Part shown: positions 27,201 to 42,000 of the stretch, one piece after another
Layout: every line of letters starts with the position of its first letter
Numbering within the stretch: position 1 is the stretch's first letter
Assembly (NCBI GenBank): GCA_028826165.1
Contig: JAPDFW010000103.1
Location: forward strand, 434,001 to 498,000
DNA: 64,000 bases
Direction of reading: 5' to 3'
Source of the DNA: Anaeramoeba ignava BMAN
Lineage: Eukaryota; Protista; Anaeramoebae
The notes under the pieces: model-generated
Seen by the model: only the letters and a program-made list of their open reading frames with translations
Databases searched by the model: none
Told to the model about the DNA's origin: nothing
Program-made: the position numbers and the translations under genes

Positions 27201-30200
27201 TTTTTGTTGATTTGTTATTTCATTTAATTCAATAATATAATTAAAAAATTTTGTAGTTGAAATTTGATTTTGATTTTGATTTTTGAAAATTGAATTTTGT
27301 TGTTTGATAAATTTTTTTGTTTTTGTAAATGAAAGTAAAATTGAATTATTATTGAGAACTTTGAAATAAGTTTCTAACCAATTAATAAATATTTCTTCTA
27401 TTTCTTTTTTGTATTTTTTAATATTTTTTAAATTTTCAAGAATTTCATATATTTTTTCAAGATAAATTATAAGATTTGAATAATTATCAATTTCTTCATC
27501 TTCATTATTTGTATCTTTATCTTTATCTTTATCTTTATCTTTATCTTTATCTTTATCTTTATCTTTATCTTTATCTTTATCTTTATCTTTTATCTTTATC
27601 TTTATCTTTATCTTTATCTTTATCTTTATCTTTATCTTTATCTTTATCTTTCTCATTATCATCATCATTATCATCATCATTTTCATCATCATTTTCATCA
27701 TTATTTTCATCATCATTTTCATCATCATTTTCATCATCATTTTCATCATCATTTTCATCATTATTTTCATCATTATTTTCATCATTATTTTCATCATTAT
27801 TTTCATCATTATTTTCATTATCATTTTCATTATTATCATTTTCATCATCATTATTGTTATTGTTATTATCATTTTCATTATCATTTTCATCATCATTTTC
27901 ATCATCATTTTCATCATTATTTTCATTGTTATTGTTATTGTTATTGTTTTCATTATCAATAAATTCTTTAATATTTTGAATTGTTATTTTAGAAAATTCA
28001 ATTATATTCAAAATTTCATTTGTTTTAGATTTAATTTTTGGTATTAATTTTTGAATAAATTGGAAAATATTATTGATTTGGGAAATTTGTTTTAATTCTT
28101 TAATAGGAATTTTTTGTATAATTTCTTTCAATGATAACTCAATCAAATCTATTTTTTCATCATTAAAATAATCAATAAATTTTTCATAATCATTTTCATA
28201 ATATTTATCATATATATTTTTTTCATTTTCATTAAATGTTATATTTTTGAAATCTTCTAAAAATAATTTAAGGAAATATTTTGATAAATCATTATTATCA
28301 TTTTTATAATATTCTGAAACCAAATTTTTAAAAGAACTTTGTACTTTCATTAAATTTTGATTTTGATTTTGATTTTGATTTTGATTTGTTATTAATAATT
28401 TTGAATAAAATTGATAGAAAAATGGAATTTTGAATTATTAAATTGATATTTAACAATTTTTAATATAGGTTTAATTTTAATTTTTCCAATACATTTTCCC
28501 AAAATATTTTCACTTCTTTTTCTTTTCATTTGTATTTAATTTAATTTTGAAATTATCATTAACCATAATTTGACTAAAGAAAATTGAAAGAATACTTTTA
28601 ACTTTTCTTCTAAATTCTAATTGAATAAATGAATTGAATGATTCAAAATTTTGTTTTGATGATGAATGTTTTTGTTGAATTAATTTATTCCTATCCCATT
28701 CATATAAATTTATTCCCTTTTCTTTTCCTTTTTCAATCATATTTTGTAATTTTTTATAAAGTATTGTTCCATCTTTCTTTTCATTCTTAATAAAATTTAT
28801 TGCATTTTCTATTTGATCATGTTTCATAAATGAAAGTAAAGATGATTGTAAAATAGATTCAATAATTTTCTCCCAATTATTTTTAATATCAATCTGTAAT
28901 AAATCTTTTTCTTGTTCTTTTTGTTTTTGTTCTTCTTTTTGTTTTTGTTCTTGTTCTTGTTTTTGTTCTTCTTTTTGTTTTTGTTCTTTTTGTAAATTTA
29001 ATAAAATTGATAGTTTAAAATAAGGTTCGTAAATATTATCAATATAATAATATTCCCAATTATTTTCAAATAAGAAAGAAAAATCTGTATTGGTTTCTTC
29101 AGTTGATGAAAGATGAACAAGAAAGAGGAAATAATAATTTTCAATTTGTTTTTTCATTTCCTCATTTTTCATTTCCTTTTTTTTTGTTTTCTCATTTTTC
29201 GTTTTAAATAAAGAATCAATAATATATTTAAATTGATGGAAAATAATTTGTGATAATATTTTGGGTGTGAAATGAATTATTATAAGATTTTTCTCTTCTT
29301 TTTTCTCTTCTTTTTTCTCTTCTTTTTTCTCTTCTTTTTTCTTTTCATTTTCGTTTTTGTTATGGAGAATAATATCTTTAATCTTTTTTTTAAATTCTTT
29401 ATCACTTTCATAATCTGTAAATTCAAGTTCTTCTACATTAAAATTTTCAATTTCAAGTTTTTCTTTGCTTTTTAATAAATCTGATTCTGATGTAAGAACT
29501 ATTGATCTTTGAACTTTTGAATCTTTATCTTTTGGTAATATAAATTTTTGAATTAAAGAATTTAAATCTTTACAATATTCATTCATATATTCTTTACATA
29601 TTTCTATTAATAAATCTTTATCTGTTCTTTGTAAATTTTCTCCTTTATTTTTGATAAACAATTCAATAAAAAGTATTTTCTCCAATTTACAAATTCTAAT
29701 CCATTGTTTTTTAAATTGTTGTTTAAATTGTTTCATTTCTTTTTCATTTTCATCTTTAAATTGTTTTTTGATAGCGTATTGATATTTAAGTGTAAGTGAA
29801 TATAATAAGTCATCATTATAACAAGGAAATAAATCATTTTCTCTTATTTTGGTTAATCTACAAATGTTCTCAATTATATCTTTTTGTTCTTTATAGAAAT
29901 GTTCTGATGTTTTTTCAATAAATTCTTTTGGTTTAACTAAATATTTTTCAAATCGATTTAAAATTGTTGGTGTTTCTTTTTCATAAGCATATTCTTTTTC
30001 AATAATACTAATACATTTGAAATTAGGATGAACTTTTATATTTGAAGTAATATTACCAAATGATATTTGTGTATAATAATCATTTCCTTCTTTTCTGAAA
30101 TTTAAATTTAATAAATCATATAAGGAAGGATATAAATTTTCATTATTAATTAAAATAACAGTTTTTCCTTCTCGAACATAATTTTGAATTTTGTTTAAAT

Positions 30201-33200
30201 CTTTAACAATTCTAATAGATTTTTGATCTTTATATAAAGATGATCCAAATAATATATTATAATCTTGTTCATTTATCATTTCAATTTCTTGTAAAATAAA
30301 TGGTATATTGCAAATATTTTCAATTAAAATCATTATAAATCTTGAAAAATGGAAATTAACAGTTGTTTCTTTAAATCCATATGATTCAAAAATTTTTCTT
30401 TTTAAATTTTGTGAAATCAATGTTTTGTTATTGATATTTAAATATGTTGATACATTCAATTTATTTAATTCATTTAATTTATCAAAATTTGAAATAATAT
30501 TTGGTTTGGAACTAAAATTTCTAAGTAAAGAATTAGCAATTAATCCTGAATCATTATAATATAAAATGTTATTTTGATTAGAATATCTGATCATTTTCAA
30601 GAAATAATAAAAATCTCTAAGTCCAAAATAAGTTCGATTTTTTTGATTATTTTGAGAAATATTAATAATATCTTTATAAACTTTTGTTAACTGATTTGAA
30701 AATTCTTTAGGTATTTGAATAAAATTTTGACTTGTTTTTGATGATGATGATGATGATAAAATTTGAAATGCTGTATTTTCTAAATCTGTTTCAGAATCTC
30801 TTCTAAGAAAAATACCTCTATTCATATTACTAAGATCTAATACCCAATTAGAAATAGAAACTACAGATACTTGATTTTGATTTTGATTTTGAATTTGAAT
30901 TTGAATTTCATTTTCATTTTCATTTTCATTTTCATTTTGATTTTGAATTTCATTTTCATTTTCATTTTGATTTTTTTTTAATTTATATAATATTTTTTCT
31001 GATTTTTCAAGTTTAGAATGAAGAACTTTTAATGGATTTTTTTTATTTAAATCAGCAAGTGCAACTTCTTCAAGAATAACAACTCCTAATTTTTTATTTG
31101 TTGTATTTTCTTTTGCATTTTTAAAAATATCTTTTATTGCTTCTGATGTTGTTAATTTAGAACATTGAAGTAATGATTCTTTGAGTGATCTAATTCTTAA
31201 TTTTTCTATAAGTTTATTTTCTTTATATTTTAATTCAAAAGATTTTAAAATAATTTCAACAGATAATGTTTTTGATGTTCCTATTTTATTTTTTTATTGA
31301 TTTAAAATAAATAATTAATAAGTATTTGATTTAAATAATAAATAATTTGTTATTAATTTAATTTACCTGGTTTTCCAATTATAAATATTGGGATATTCGT
31401 GTAAATACAAATGAAAAGTAATAAACAATTTTCTTTTATTGCTGTATTTTTAGCAATCATTTTTTCTTCAAAATCATAATCCAATGAATTAATAAATTTA
31501 TCTTGAATTTTTTCTAAAATTTCTTTTTGTTTTCTAACTTTTTTCTTCTTTTCAAATATTTCTTTATAATATTCATCTTGTTTTTTGTTTTGTTGTCTAA
31601 CTATATAACCAACAAATAAACTTAATATAATTGCTCTTTCAAAATATTCTTCTTCTGTTATTTCTTTTTTTTCTTTTCTTTTTCTTTTTCTTTTTCTTTT
31701 TCTGTTATTTCTTTTTCTGTTATTTCTTTTTCTGTTTTTTCATAAAATAATAAAAACTTTTTAATTTTTTCTTCATAAAAAATCCAATGAAATATTCTTA
31801 AAAATCTTGATACATCTCTTAAAGAAACACTTGCATTTAAATTTTTTTGAAGATTTGAAATTTGATTTTGATTTTGATTTTGATTTTGATTTTGATTTGA
31901 ATTTTGATTTTGATTTGAATTTTGATTTTGATTTGTTCGAATAAATTTTTGTGATTTAGAAATATATTTAGTGATTTTATTTTTATATCTATTTTTATCT
32001 TGATTTTCAAGTGAATTTTCAACCATCTTTTCAATATATTTTTCTTCTTTTTCTGATTGAAGTGAATGAAAATCAATAACACAACTTTTTAAAGATTCTG
32101 AAATTTCATGAACTCGATAAGCAAGATTTCTGTTTTGTTTAAAAAATTTTTGATTTTGATCATCATTTTCATAATCATTAACATTTAATCCAAATTCTCC
32201 AATTGGATCATCATCATAATTTTGTTCTCTATATGGATTAATTGCTGCAATTAATTTAATTTTATCTTCTATTTTTTTTCCTTCAAATGTTTTATCTATA
32301 AATAAATGTTTGAAAATAGAAATACAATTTTCTGGTGCAGTATTTAATTCATCAAAAAATAAAATAACATTTTCTGAAATATAATTTTTTGCTTTTTCAA
32401 TACTTTCTTCAATATCTTTTTTGGTAGTTCCTCCATTAACATGAATAGTTATAAGTTTGTAGTTTAATATATCTTCAAAAAGATAATTTATTAATGCAGT
32501 TTTACCACATCCTGTTTCTCCTGATATAATTGTTGGAATTCCAATAAATGTTCTAAATTGAATTAAAATCATTTTTGAAATGTTATCTGTTGTAAGTACA
32601 TATTTTGATTCATTATTAATATGTTCTTGAATAAGTTTTGGATCAACTTCATTTTCTCTAAGAAAGGAAATGTATTTGAAAAATTTTTTTATTTTTTCAT
32701 CATGTTCTAAGTTATTCCAAGATTTATTTTCAAATTTGTATTTTTTAGATAAATCTTCAATAATTTGTTGTTCTTCTTTTGAAAGATTATATTGCTCATA
32801 AAAAAATGCTATTCCATTTTTAAATTGTTCATTTGGATTTTGAGAAACATCTATTCTTTTTGTATTTTCTTCAGTTTTTAATTTAAAAATAAATCCATAT
32901 AAATTTTGGAAAATTTCTGGTTTTTTTGTTGATAAATAAGGAATTATTGTAAATCTTGCAATAGAAAAAATCCAATATTTAATTAACTTTTGTAAATTAT
33001 CCAATTCATCATTATTATCTTGATTATCTTTATTATTTTGATTATCTAACTTTGTTTTAATTAATTCCCAATTAAGTATTGGATTAATAAACATTTTCAT
33101 TGAAAACCAAAATTCTGATAATAATTTGTAAGATATTGTTATTCCATTTTTAGAATTAGAATCAATATTTTCACTAACTTCTTTTAACATTTTTTTTGAA

Positions 33201-36200
33201 ATATCAATAAATTCTTTTTTTTCATCTCGTTGTAAATTTGGAAAAAAAGGGTTTTGAAATGTTTTGAAATTGGTTTTTTTAAGAAAAAATGTATTATTAT
33301 CGATTTTAATTAAACAATTTGCTACTTTTTTTAAATCATCATCATCATCTTCTTTTAATTTAAATTTATCTTTATCAAATTCATATTTTTTGAAACTAAC
33401 TTCATCTTTTTTATAAGAACATTCAGTTAATTCACAATTTTCTAAAGGATAAAATTTTTCCCAAATTTCATTTTCATTTTCATTTTCATTTTCATTTTTG
33501 ATTTGGTATTTCAAAAACAATTTCTGTATCTTCATTTAAATTCCAACAAAATGATTTTGATTTTGATTTTGAATTTGAATCTAAATCTAAACTTGAATTT
33601 GGATTTTGATCTTCAATAGATCCCCACATAATTAATCCCCATAATGCTTTTGTGATATTATTTGAACATTTACTTGGAAATTCAATATGGATAACTCTTT
33701 TTTCATTTTTTAATTTATTTATTTTTTCATCATTTTGATTTAATAATTTAATTAATTCTGAAACAGTTCCTTTATGTAATTGAATTAATTGATAATAATG
33801 ATAATAATCTTGTTGAATTTTGGAATAACAGAATTGTTTAATTTGAAAACTTTTTCCATCTCCTTGATTTTTTGAAAAGAAAACATGAATTTGTTTATAA
33901 TAACGATTATTTTTCATAATACTACTTAAAATAGGTTTTATATCTGATATAGATTTATCTTGGAAATTTATATATAATTTGTCACGTTTTAATCTATTTT
34001 GTAAAAGATTATCTGATGATATAGAATCAAATATAATCATTGGAAATTTTGTTATATAATCAATTGAATCTATTTGTGAAATAAGATGTATTATATTCTT
34101 TAAAGATAGAAATTTTGTTTGGGTTATTGAAAAAAGAAATTTTGTTTCTTTATTTTCATTTTCTTTTTGATTTTCTTTTTGATTTTCATTTTTATTTGCT
34201 TTTTTATTTTCTTTTTCTTTTTTATTTTCATTTTCATTTATATTTTCTTTTTCTTTTTCATTATAATATTTATAAATGGAGAAAAAAGAAGTGATATCAT
34301 TTGATGTTGTTTTTGAATCACAAATTAAAATTTCTTTTCTTAATGGGAATTTGTTTGAATATAAATGATAAATTAACAAAATTCTATTTAAAATTTGTTT
34401 TTCTTCTTCTTCATTATCCATTATTGTAATAAATATTTTTGAATCATGAATTCCTCCTGTTTTTTTTTCATCTATTTTTTCAATTAATTGTTTTCTAAAA
34501 TTTTGTTGTTGAGATGTAAAATAATCATCATAATCTAAAGTTAATTGAATACTAGAATATAAAGAATAATGTTTATCAATTATTTCAAAAAATTCTTTAT
34601 AGAATTGAGTTATATCAGCATTTTCTAGATTTTGAATAAATTCTTGTATAATTTCTTTTTTTCCAAAAATAAGTTGTAAAACTGATAAAAACATTTTTTC
34701 ATTTCTTTGATAAATAATTATTTGAGATTCAGTTAATTGAAAATTATCTCCTTTGTTTTTTAAAAATTGATAAAAATAGATTAATTGATGAATTGATAAA
34801 AAACCTGATAAATTAATTCTTTTAATCTCTTTTTTATGTATTTTCCAATTTCCAAGTATTTCTGAAAGTTCTTCTCTAAAATTTTTAATTTTATCTTTGT
34901 ATGATTTTGGATCGTTTGTAATATCTATTGATTTTTTCCCTAAATTATATAATGATTTGATATTAGAAAATTTTTTCATTTTATTATAAATATCTTCAAT
35001 AGATTCAAATAATTTTTGATATTCAACAATATATCTATTTTCTTTTTGATTTTGATTTTGATTTTCATCCATTTCAGCTTTTTGTTTTTGTTTTTGATTT
35101 AATATAAAACGAAACATATTCAGACAACTTTCATAATTTTCATTTTTATGGTTTGTAATATTTAATTGAAAAAGGGGTTTTGTTATATTGAAAATAATTT
35201 GAGATTGCTTAAATGTATTTTCAATTTTTTGAGGTAAATCTTCTTCTTTATCTTTTTCTTCATTTTTTTCTTCAATATAAAATAAAGATTGATATAATAA
35301 TTTAATATCAATTTCTTCTTTTTCTTCTTTTTCTTTTTTGGATTTTAATTCTTGAATTTTTTCTAATTCTTTAATGAAATGTTTGAAATTTTTGAATTTT
35401 TTTGAAAATAAATCTGAAAATAAATCTTTTAATTGTATTAAAGAATTCCTCATTTTTTGAATAACATCATCATTTCGATTTAATTTTTTAATAATTTCTT
35501 CAAATTCTTTATTTTGGATTTTTTCTTTTAACCATTCTATTATTGATTTATTTTTATTTTCATTTTTATTTTCATTTTTTTGAATTAATTGTTTTATAAA
35601 TTCAAGAAATGATAAATCAAATTTAATTTTATCAATAATTTCCTTTTTGATATTTTCAACATCTTTAAGTTTTATTTCATTTTCTTTTTTTTTTGTAAAT
35701 TCTTTAATTTCATTAATTTCATTAAGTTCGTTTTCTTGGAGAAATATTTTACAAAATTCGATGAAAGGATTAATAGTTTCAATTAATCTTTGTAATTCAA
35801 AGAAAATATTGATTTTAATTTGTAAATCTTCTGAAATTCCAAAAGATTCAATCTCATCTTTAAATCTTTTTTCATCATTTATCTGAGATTCTGTTTTTAA
35901 TTTTTGAAATGAGATTTCTAAATTAAAAGTTTCTTTCTTCCATTTTTCCCATTCTTCATTTATAGTTTTACATATTTCTTCAATCTTTATTTTTTCTTGT
36001 TCTTTTTCTTTTTTTAAATTTTTGAGATATTTTATAAATTTTTGTTTGTAAAAAGAGTTTTTCAAAAATAAATTAATAGATTTTGTTGTTTCTGTTTTTT
36101 TTTCTGTTTTTGTTTCTGTTTTTTTTTCTGTTTTTTTCAGATAATTTTCCATATCTTTTAATGTAGAATCTTTATCAAAATTTTTTGGTAATCCATCAAA

Positions 36201-38107
36201 TTTGAATCCTTCTTTTTCTTTTTCTTTTTCTTTTTCTTTAAATTGATCAAAGAAATATTTTATTTTTGAAATTTTTTCATCTAAATCAATATATTTTTTT
36301 CTGTTTTCTTCAATTATTTTGTTTTGTTCATTTTCATTTGAAATTTTTAATTTAATAAATTTTGTGAATATTTCTTCATTTCTGAAAAATATTTTCCAAT
36401 CTTCTATTTTCGTATTTGGATAATCTTGTAATTTTTTAAAATATTCATTGAGTTCTTTTTCATAATTGTTTAATTGTTTCTCAAAATTTTGATTAATTCT
36501 TTTAGTATCTTTTATTAATTTTATAAGTGGAGGAGAAGATTTCTTGAAAGTTAAGAACCATAATAATACATTTCTCCATTTATTTGAATTAATTTCATTT
36601 TTTTGAATAATATCATTCCAATTTAGTAATTGATTTTGATTTTGATTTTGATTTTGATTTTGATTAAAATCAACATATTTAATCCAACAATGTATATGAA
36701 TATTTAATGGAATAAACCTTAAATATGTTTGATTGTTTATAATGTTTTTGAATTCATATTTTGCATCTTCCATATAAATTTCTTGAAATTGTTCTTCAAA
36801 ATCAATAATAAATTTATATTTTAATAAATTTTTTTTATCAACTTTTTTAATGTAATCTATATAAATTTTATCTTTGAAAATATCAGTTATAGTGCTAATT
36901 TTTGAGATATGGTTTGGATTATCATCAATTAAAGTTGGATGTTTAAATAGATAATCATCAATATTTATTTTCTGGTTAAAATCAAATATTGGAAGATTTT
37001 TTGATTGATTTGCTTGAATAGTTAGTTGTTCTGCAATTTCATTCATTTTTAACAAAAATTTAAATATATCTAAGACAGTTTTAAAGTTTTCTGCTTTTAA
37101 TTTCTCTTTAAATTCTGGAAAATCAATAAGTTTATTTATTGATTTAGAGAAAAATCGTGAATTCATAAAATTATTCCATAAAGGATTTGATAAATCAAAT
37201 TTTGTTCCAAAAATATTTTCCAAAACTTCTTTTTTAAAATAAGAATTCATTTCTTTTTGTAAATAGAATGAAAATACATTTTCAATAGCATTTCGAATAT
37301 TATCGTTAATTTTTTTTGTTGTTTTAGGAAATTCAAATTCTTGTTCAAATAAAATAAAAAGAGGTAAAAAATTAATTTTGTAAGATTTCCTGTTTGAATA
37401 TTTGTTAAATAATTGAAGAAATTCTTTTAATGATTCAAATAACTCTTTTTTGTTTGTTTTATAATAAGCTGAGAAAATCAAATAATTTGTTTTAATAAAA
37501 TCATTTGCTTCACATTTTGAGATGTTATCCATTATTTTTTTAACTTTTTTTGAAGGTTTAAGGATAAAAAGTAAGCGAGCTAATAATTCTGGATTTTTCT
37601 TTAAAATGATCTTCTTTTTGTTTAAATCATTTAAAATTATATTTTCAAATTCATTTTGTTTTAAAGCATTTAAAATTTCCAAAAAGTCTAACAATTCAAA
37701 ATCATCTTTAAAATCTAATAAAGAACTTATAATCAAAAATCCATCTTTCTTTGTTGATTCAAAAATAATTTGTGAAGTAATTGGTTTTGGTTCTTGATTT
37801 TTAATTTGATAAGAAGCATTTTGAGAGCAAGAAAATTGAAAAAGATGCATTTCTTTTGAAGGAGAAGAAAATTTTGGTTTCAAAGGTATTTGTTTTGATT
37901 CATCTATTAAAATAACATTAATTTCTTTTTCTTTTTCTTTTTCTTTTTCTTTTTCTTTTTCTTTTTCTTTTTCTTTTTCTTTTTCATTATCTTTATCTTT
38001 TTCTTTTTCTTTTTCTTTTCTTTTTCTTTTTCTTTATCTTTTTCTTTTTCTTTTTCTTTTTCTTTTTGAACAATAATTAAAATAACTTTTTGCTTTTTTT
38101 CTTCCAT
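24267..38107 (-). CDS. RNF213/mysterin-like giant multi-AAA+ protein (~4500 aa), interrupted by apparent frameshifts and one intron (31281..31366)
   Basis: RNF213-type signatures in order: YVLTTDNISKM..GIPTIISGETGCGKT, LFFDELNT, AAINPYR, LAYRVH, VSLRDV, NIPIFIIGKPG|TSKTLS, NPLKVLHSKLE, ISNWVLD, FGLRDFY, FGSS, LYDLLN, LNRFEK. Confidence 0.85.
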
Positions 38108-38464
38108 TTACTTGCTTTTGTTTGTTTTTGTTTGTGTTTGTGTTTTTGTGTTTGTGTGTTTCTGTGTGTTTGTGTTTCTGTGTGTGTTTTGTTTTTGATT
38201 GTGTTTTGTGTTTTTGTTTTTTAAAAAATAAAATTTGTAAAAAAAAAAATGAAAAAAAATTTTTTTTTTTGGAATAAATAAAAAAAGAAAAAAAGCAATA
38301 AATTTAATTGAGGGCATAATTTATAAAAAAATACTTTTACTTTCCCTTTTTTTTTCCCTTTTTTAATTTTAATTTTAATTTTAAAAAAAAAAACAAAGAT
38401 CAATAACAAAAAAAAAATAAAATAAAAAAAACAACAAAAATTACTAATTTTTTTTATTAAATTA

Positions 38465-39020
38465 TTCATTTATTTAATTAATTAATATTTATTCCACTTT
38501 TTTTTTTAAATTTGATTTTATTAATAAATAAATATTTATTCCATTTTTTTTTTAAATTTGATTTGATTTAATTAATAAATTAATATTTATTCCACTTTTA
38601 TTTTAATTTGATTTGAATTTATTTAATTAATTAATAAATAAACATTTATTCCACTTTTTATTTTAAATTTAATTTATTTAATAAATTAATATTTATTCCA
38701 TTTTTATTTTGAATTTGATTTGAATTTAATTAATTAATTAATATTTATTCCATTTTTTTTTTTTTAATTGAATTTATTTAATAAATTAATATTTATTCCA
38801 TTTTTATTTTAAATTTGATTTGAATTTAATTAATTATTTAATATTTATTCCATTTTTTTTTTAAATTTGAATTATTTAATTTATTTTAATTAATATTTAT
38901 TCCATTTTTATTTTAAATTTGATTTAAATTTATTTAATTAATTAATTAATATTTATTCCACTTTTATTTTAAATTTGATTTATATTAATTAATAAATTAA
39001 TATTTATTCCATTTTTTTTT
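38465..39020. repeat. ~55-60-bp degenerate tandem repeat (AATATTTATTCCA(T/C)TTTT..AAATTTGATTT)
   Basis: About 10 recurrences of TATTTATTCCA. Confidence 0.75.
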
Positions 39021-39078
39021 TAAAGTATTTTTTTTTTTTGAATTTTATTTTTTATTTTTTTTTCATTTTTTTCTTTCA

Positions 39079-42000
39079 ATGAATTGTTGCAAAACTGTAA
39101 AATTTAAATTTAAAAATCAAATTAAAATTCAAATGAAATTAAATTTTTTCAATTCTTTATCCAAAAGAAATCAAGAAATTCAAAAACTAGAATTATTTAT
39201 ATAAATGATATCGAAAAAAACAGAGATTTTATTAAAAACAAAGTTCATAACTCAAAATACACTTTAATTAATTTCCTTCCCAAAAATTTATTTGAACAAT
39301 TTTCGTAAGAAATAAGAAATAAGAAATAAGAAATAAGTGATAAAAAAATGTATTTATATCAATAATTTTTTAATTGATTCTTTTATTTCTAAAATAAAGA
39401 CGATTTATGAATCAATATTTTCTTTTTGTTGCTTGTCTTCAATTATGGAAAGAAATTACACCAGGTTTGCATCTTTTTTCACAAGAAAATTAATTTAAGT
39501 ATTAATTTAAATATTAATTTAAATATTAATTTAAATATTGATTTAAATATTTATTTAAATATTGATTTAAATATTGATTTAAAAATTAATTTAAATATTA
39601 ATTTAAATATTGATTTAAATATTTATTTAAATATTGATTTAAATATTGATTTAAAAATTAATTTAAATATTGATTTAAATATTTATTTAAATATTGAATT
39701 AAATATTGATTTAAATATTTGAATTAAATATTGATTTAAAAATTTAAATTGATTTTAAACTGATTTAAATATTGATTTAAATATTGATTTAAATATTGAT
39801 TTTAAATATTGATTTAAATATTGATTTAAATATTGATTTAAATATTGATTTAAATATTGATTTAAATATTTATTTAAATATTGATTTAAATATTTATTTA
39901 AAAATTAATTTAAATATTAATTTAAATATTGATTTAAATATTGAATTAAATATTTATTTAAATATTGATTTAAATATTTATTTAAAAATTAATTTAAATA
40001 TTAATTTAAAATATTATTGGATTTAAATATTTGATTTAAATATTGATTTAAATATTGATTTTAAATATTGATTTAAATATTGATTTAAATATTGATTTAA
40101 ATATTGATTTTAAATATTTTTTAAATATTGATTTTAAATATTGATTTTAAATATTGATTTAAAAATTAATTTAAATATTAATTTAAATATTTGATTTAAA
40201 TATTGATTTTAAATATTGATTTTAAAAATTGATTTAAATATTGATTTAAATATTTATTTAAATATTGATTTAAATATTTATTTAAATATTGATTTAAATA
40301 TTTATTTAAAAATTAATTTAAATATTGATTTTAAATATTAATTTAAATATTTATTTAAATATTTATTTTAAATATTTATTTAAATATTTATTTAAATATT
40401 TATTTAAATATTGATTTAAATATTGATTTAAATATTGATTTAAATATTGATTTAAAAATTAATTTAAATATTGATTTAAATATTGATTTAAAATATTGAT
40501 TTAAATATTGATTTAAAAATTGATTTAAATATTGATTTAAATATTTATTTAAATATTGATTTAAAAATTGAATTAAATATTGAATTAAATATTGATTTAA
40601 ATATTTGAATTAAATATTGATTTAAATATTTGAATTAAATATTGATTTAAATATTTGAATTAAATATTGATTTAAATATTTGAATTAAATATTGATTTAA
40701 ATATTGATTTAAATATTAATTTAAATATTGATTTAAATATTGATTTAAATATTGATTTAAATATTGATTTAAATATTGATTTAAATATTGATTTAAATAT
40801 TGATTTAAATATTTATTTAAATATTGATTTAAATATTTATTTAAATATTTATTTAAATATTGATTTAAATATTAATTTAAAAATTAATTTAAATATTGAT
40901 TTAAAAATTGATTTAAATATTGATTTAAAAAATGAATTAGTCAACCCAATGACTACTTGGATTCCTTTAATTGTGATTTTTTTAATTGCTGCTATAAAGG
41001 AAGGAATTGACGATTATTTTCGTCATCGTGCTGATAAAATAGCAAATGAAAGAATTTATCATGTAATTAGAAATGGAAATCCAATTAATATTCATTCCCA
41101 GGAAATAAGTGTTGGGGATGTTGTTTATCTTCAAGAAAACGATGAAATTCCTTGTGATTTAGTTTTACTTTCTTCAAGTGAAATGAATGGTGATTGTTAT
41201 ATTCAAACAGCGAATATTGATGGAGAAACTGATTTAAAACAAAGAACATCTCCAGTTCAAACACGCAACTTGACAAATGATTCAGAAATTGGGGATTTAT
41301 CTGTATTTTTACCATTTAAACAAAGATCTGATTCTATTTTTATTCAATATTTTTCTAAATTATCCAAATTTTTTTATCAATTAAGGGAATTGTTGAATGC
41401 TCAATCCCAAATCAAGAAATTTACAAGTTTGATTCCAGAATAAAATTTTCCGAACAATCCCAGGAATTTATCTCTTTATCACATGAACAATTATTATTAC
41501 AAACAACCATTTTGAAAAATACTGATTTTGTTTATGGATTAGCAGTTTATACAGGAAATCAAACTAAATTTGGGATGAATAAAACAAAAACACCCACCAA
41601 ATGGACAAAATTGGATAAGAAAATTAATCGCACAACAATGTTCATATTTGGATTACAGTTTATTTTAGTTGTTATTTTTGGAGTAATTGGATCACTTTGG
41701 AAAAAAAATCATGGAAAAAAAGTAAACAAATTTGAAAATAAAAATAAAAATAAAAATTTAATTCAAATTCAAATTCAAATTCAAATCCAAATCAAAATCA
41801 AATCTAAATTCAAATTCAAAATCAAATTCAAATTCAAAATCTAATCAAATTCAAATTCAAATTCAAATTCAAATTCAAATTCAAAAATCAAAATTTAATT
41901 CAAATTCAAATCCAAATCCAAATTCAAATCCAAATCAAAATTTAATTCAAAAATTTAATTCAAATCCAAATTCAAATTCAAAAATCAAATTCAAATTCAA

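Noticed and set aside
27590-27959. Met-rich N-terminus of the 1230-aa ORF
   Set aside because: It is the wrong frame of an N/D/E repeat belonging to the upstream RNF213-like segment, before a frameshift.
1111-31380. Introns falling in Gly-rich nucleotide-binding loops (AAA 1127, CLK ~14722-15050, RNF213-like 31281-31366)
   Set aside because: Adequately explained by G|G proto-splice sites being concentrated in Gly codons of an AT-rich genome.
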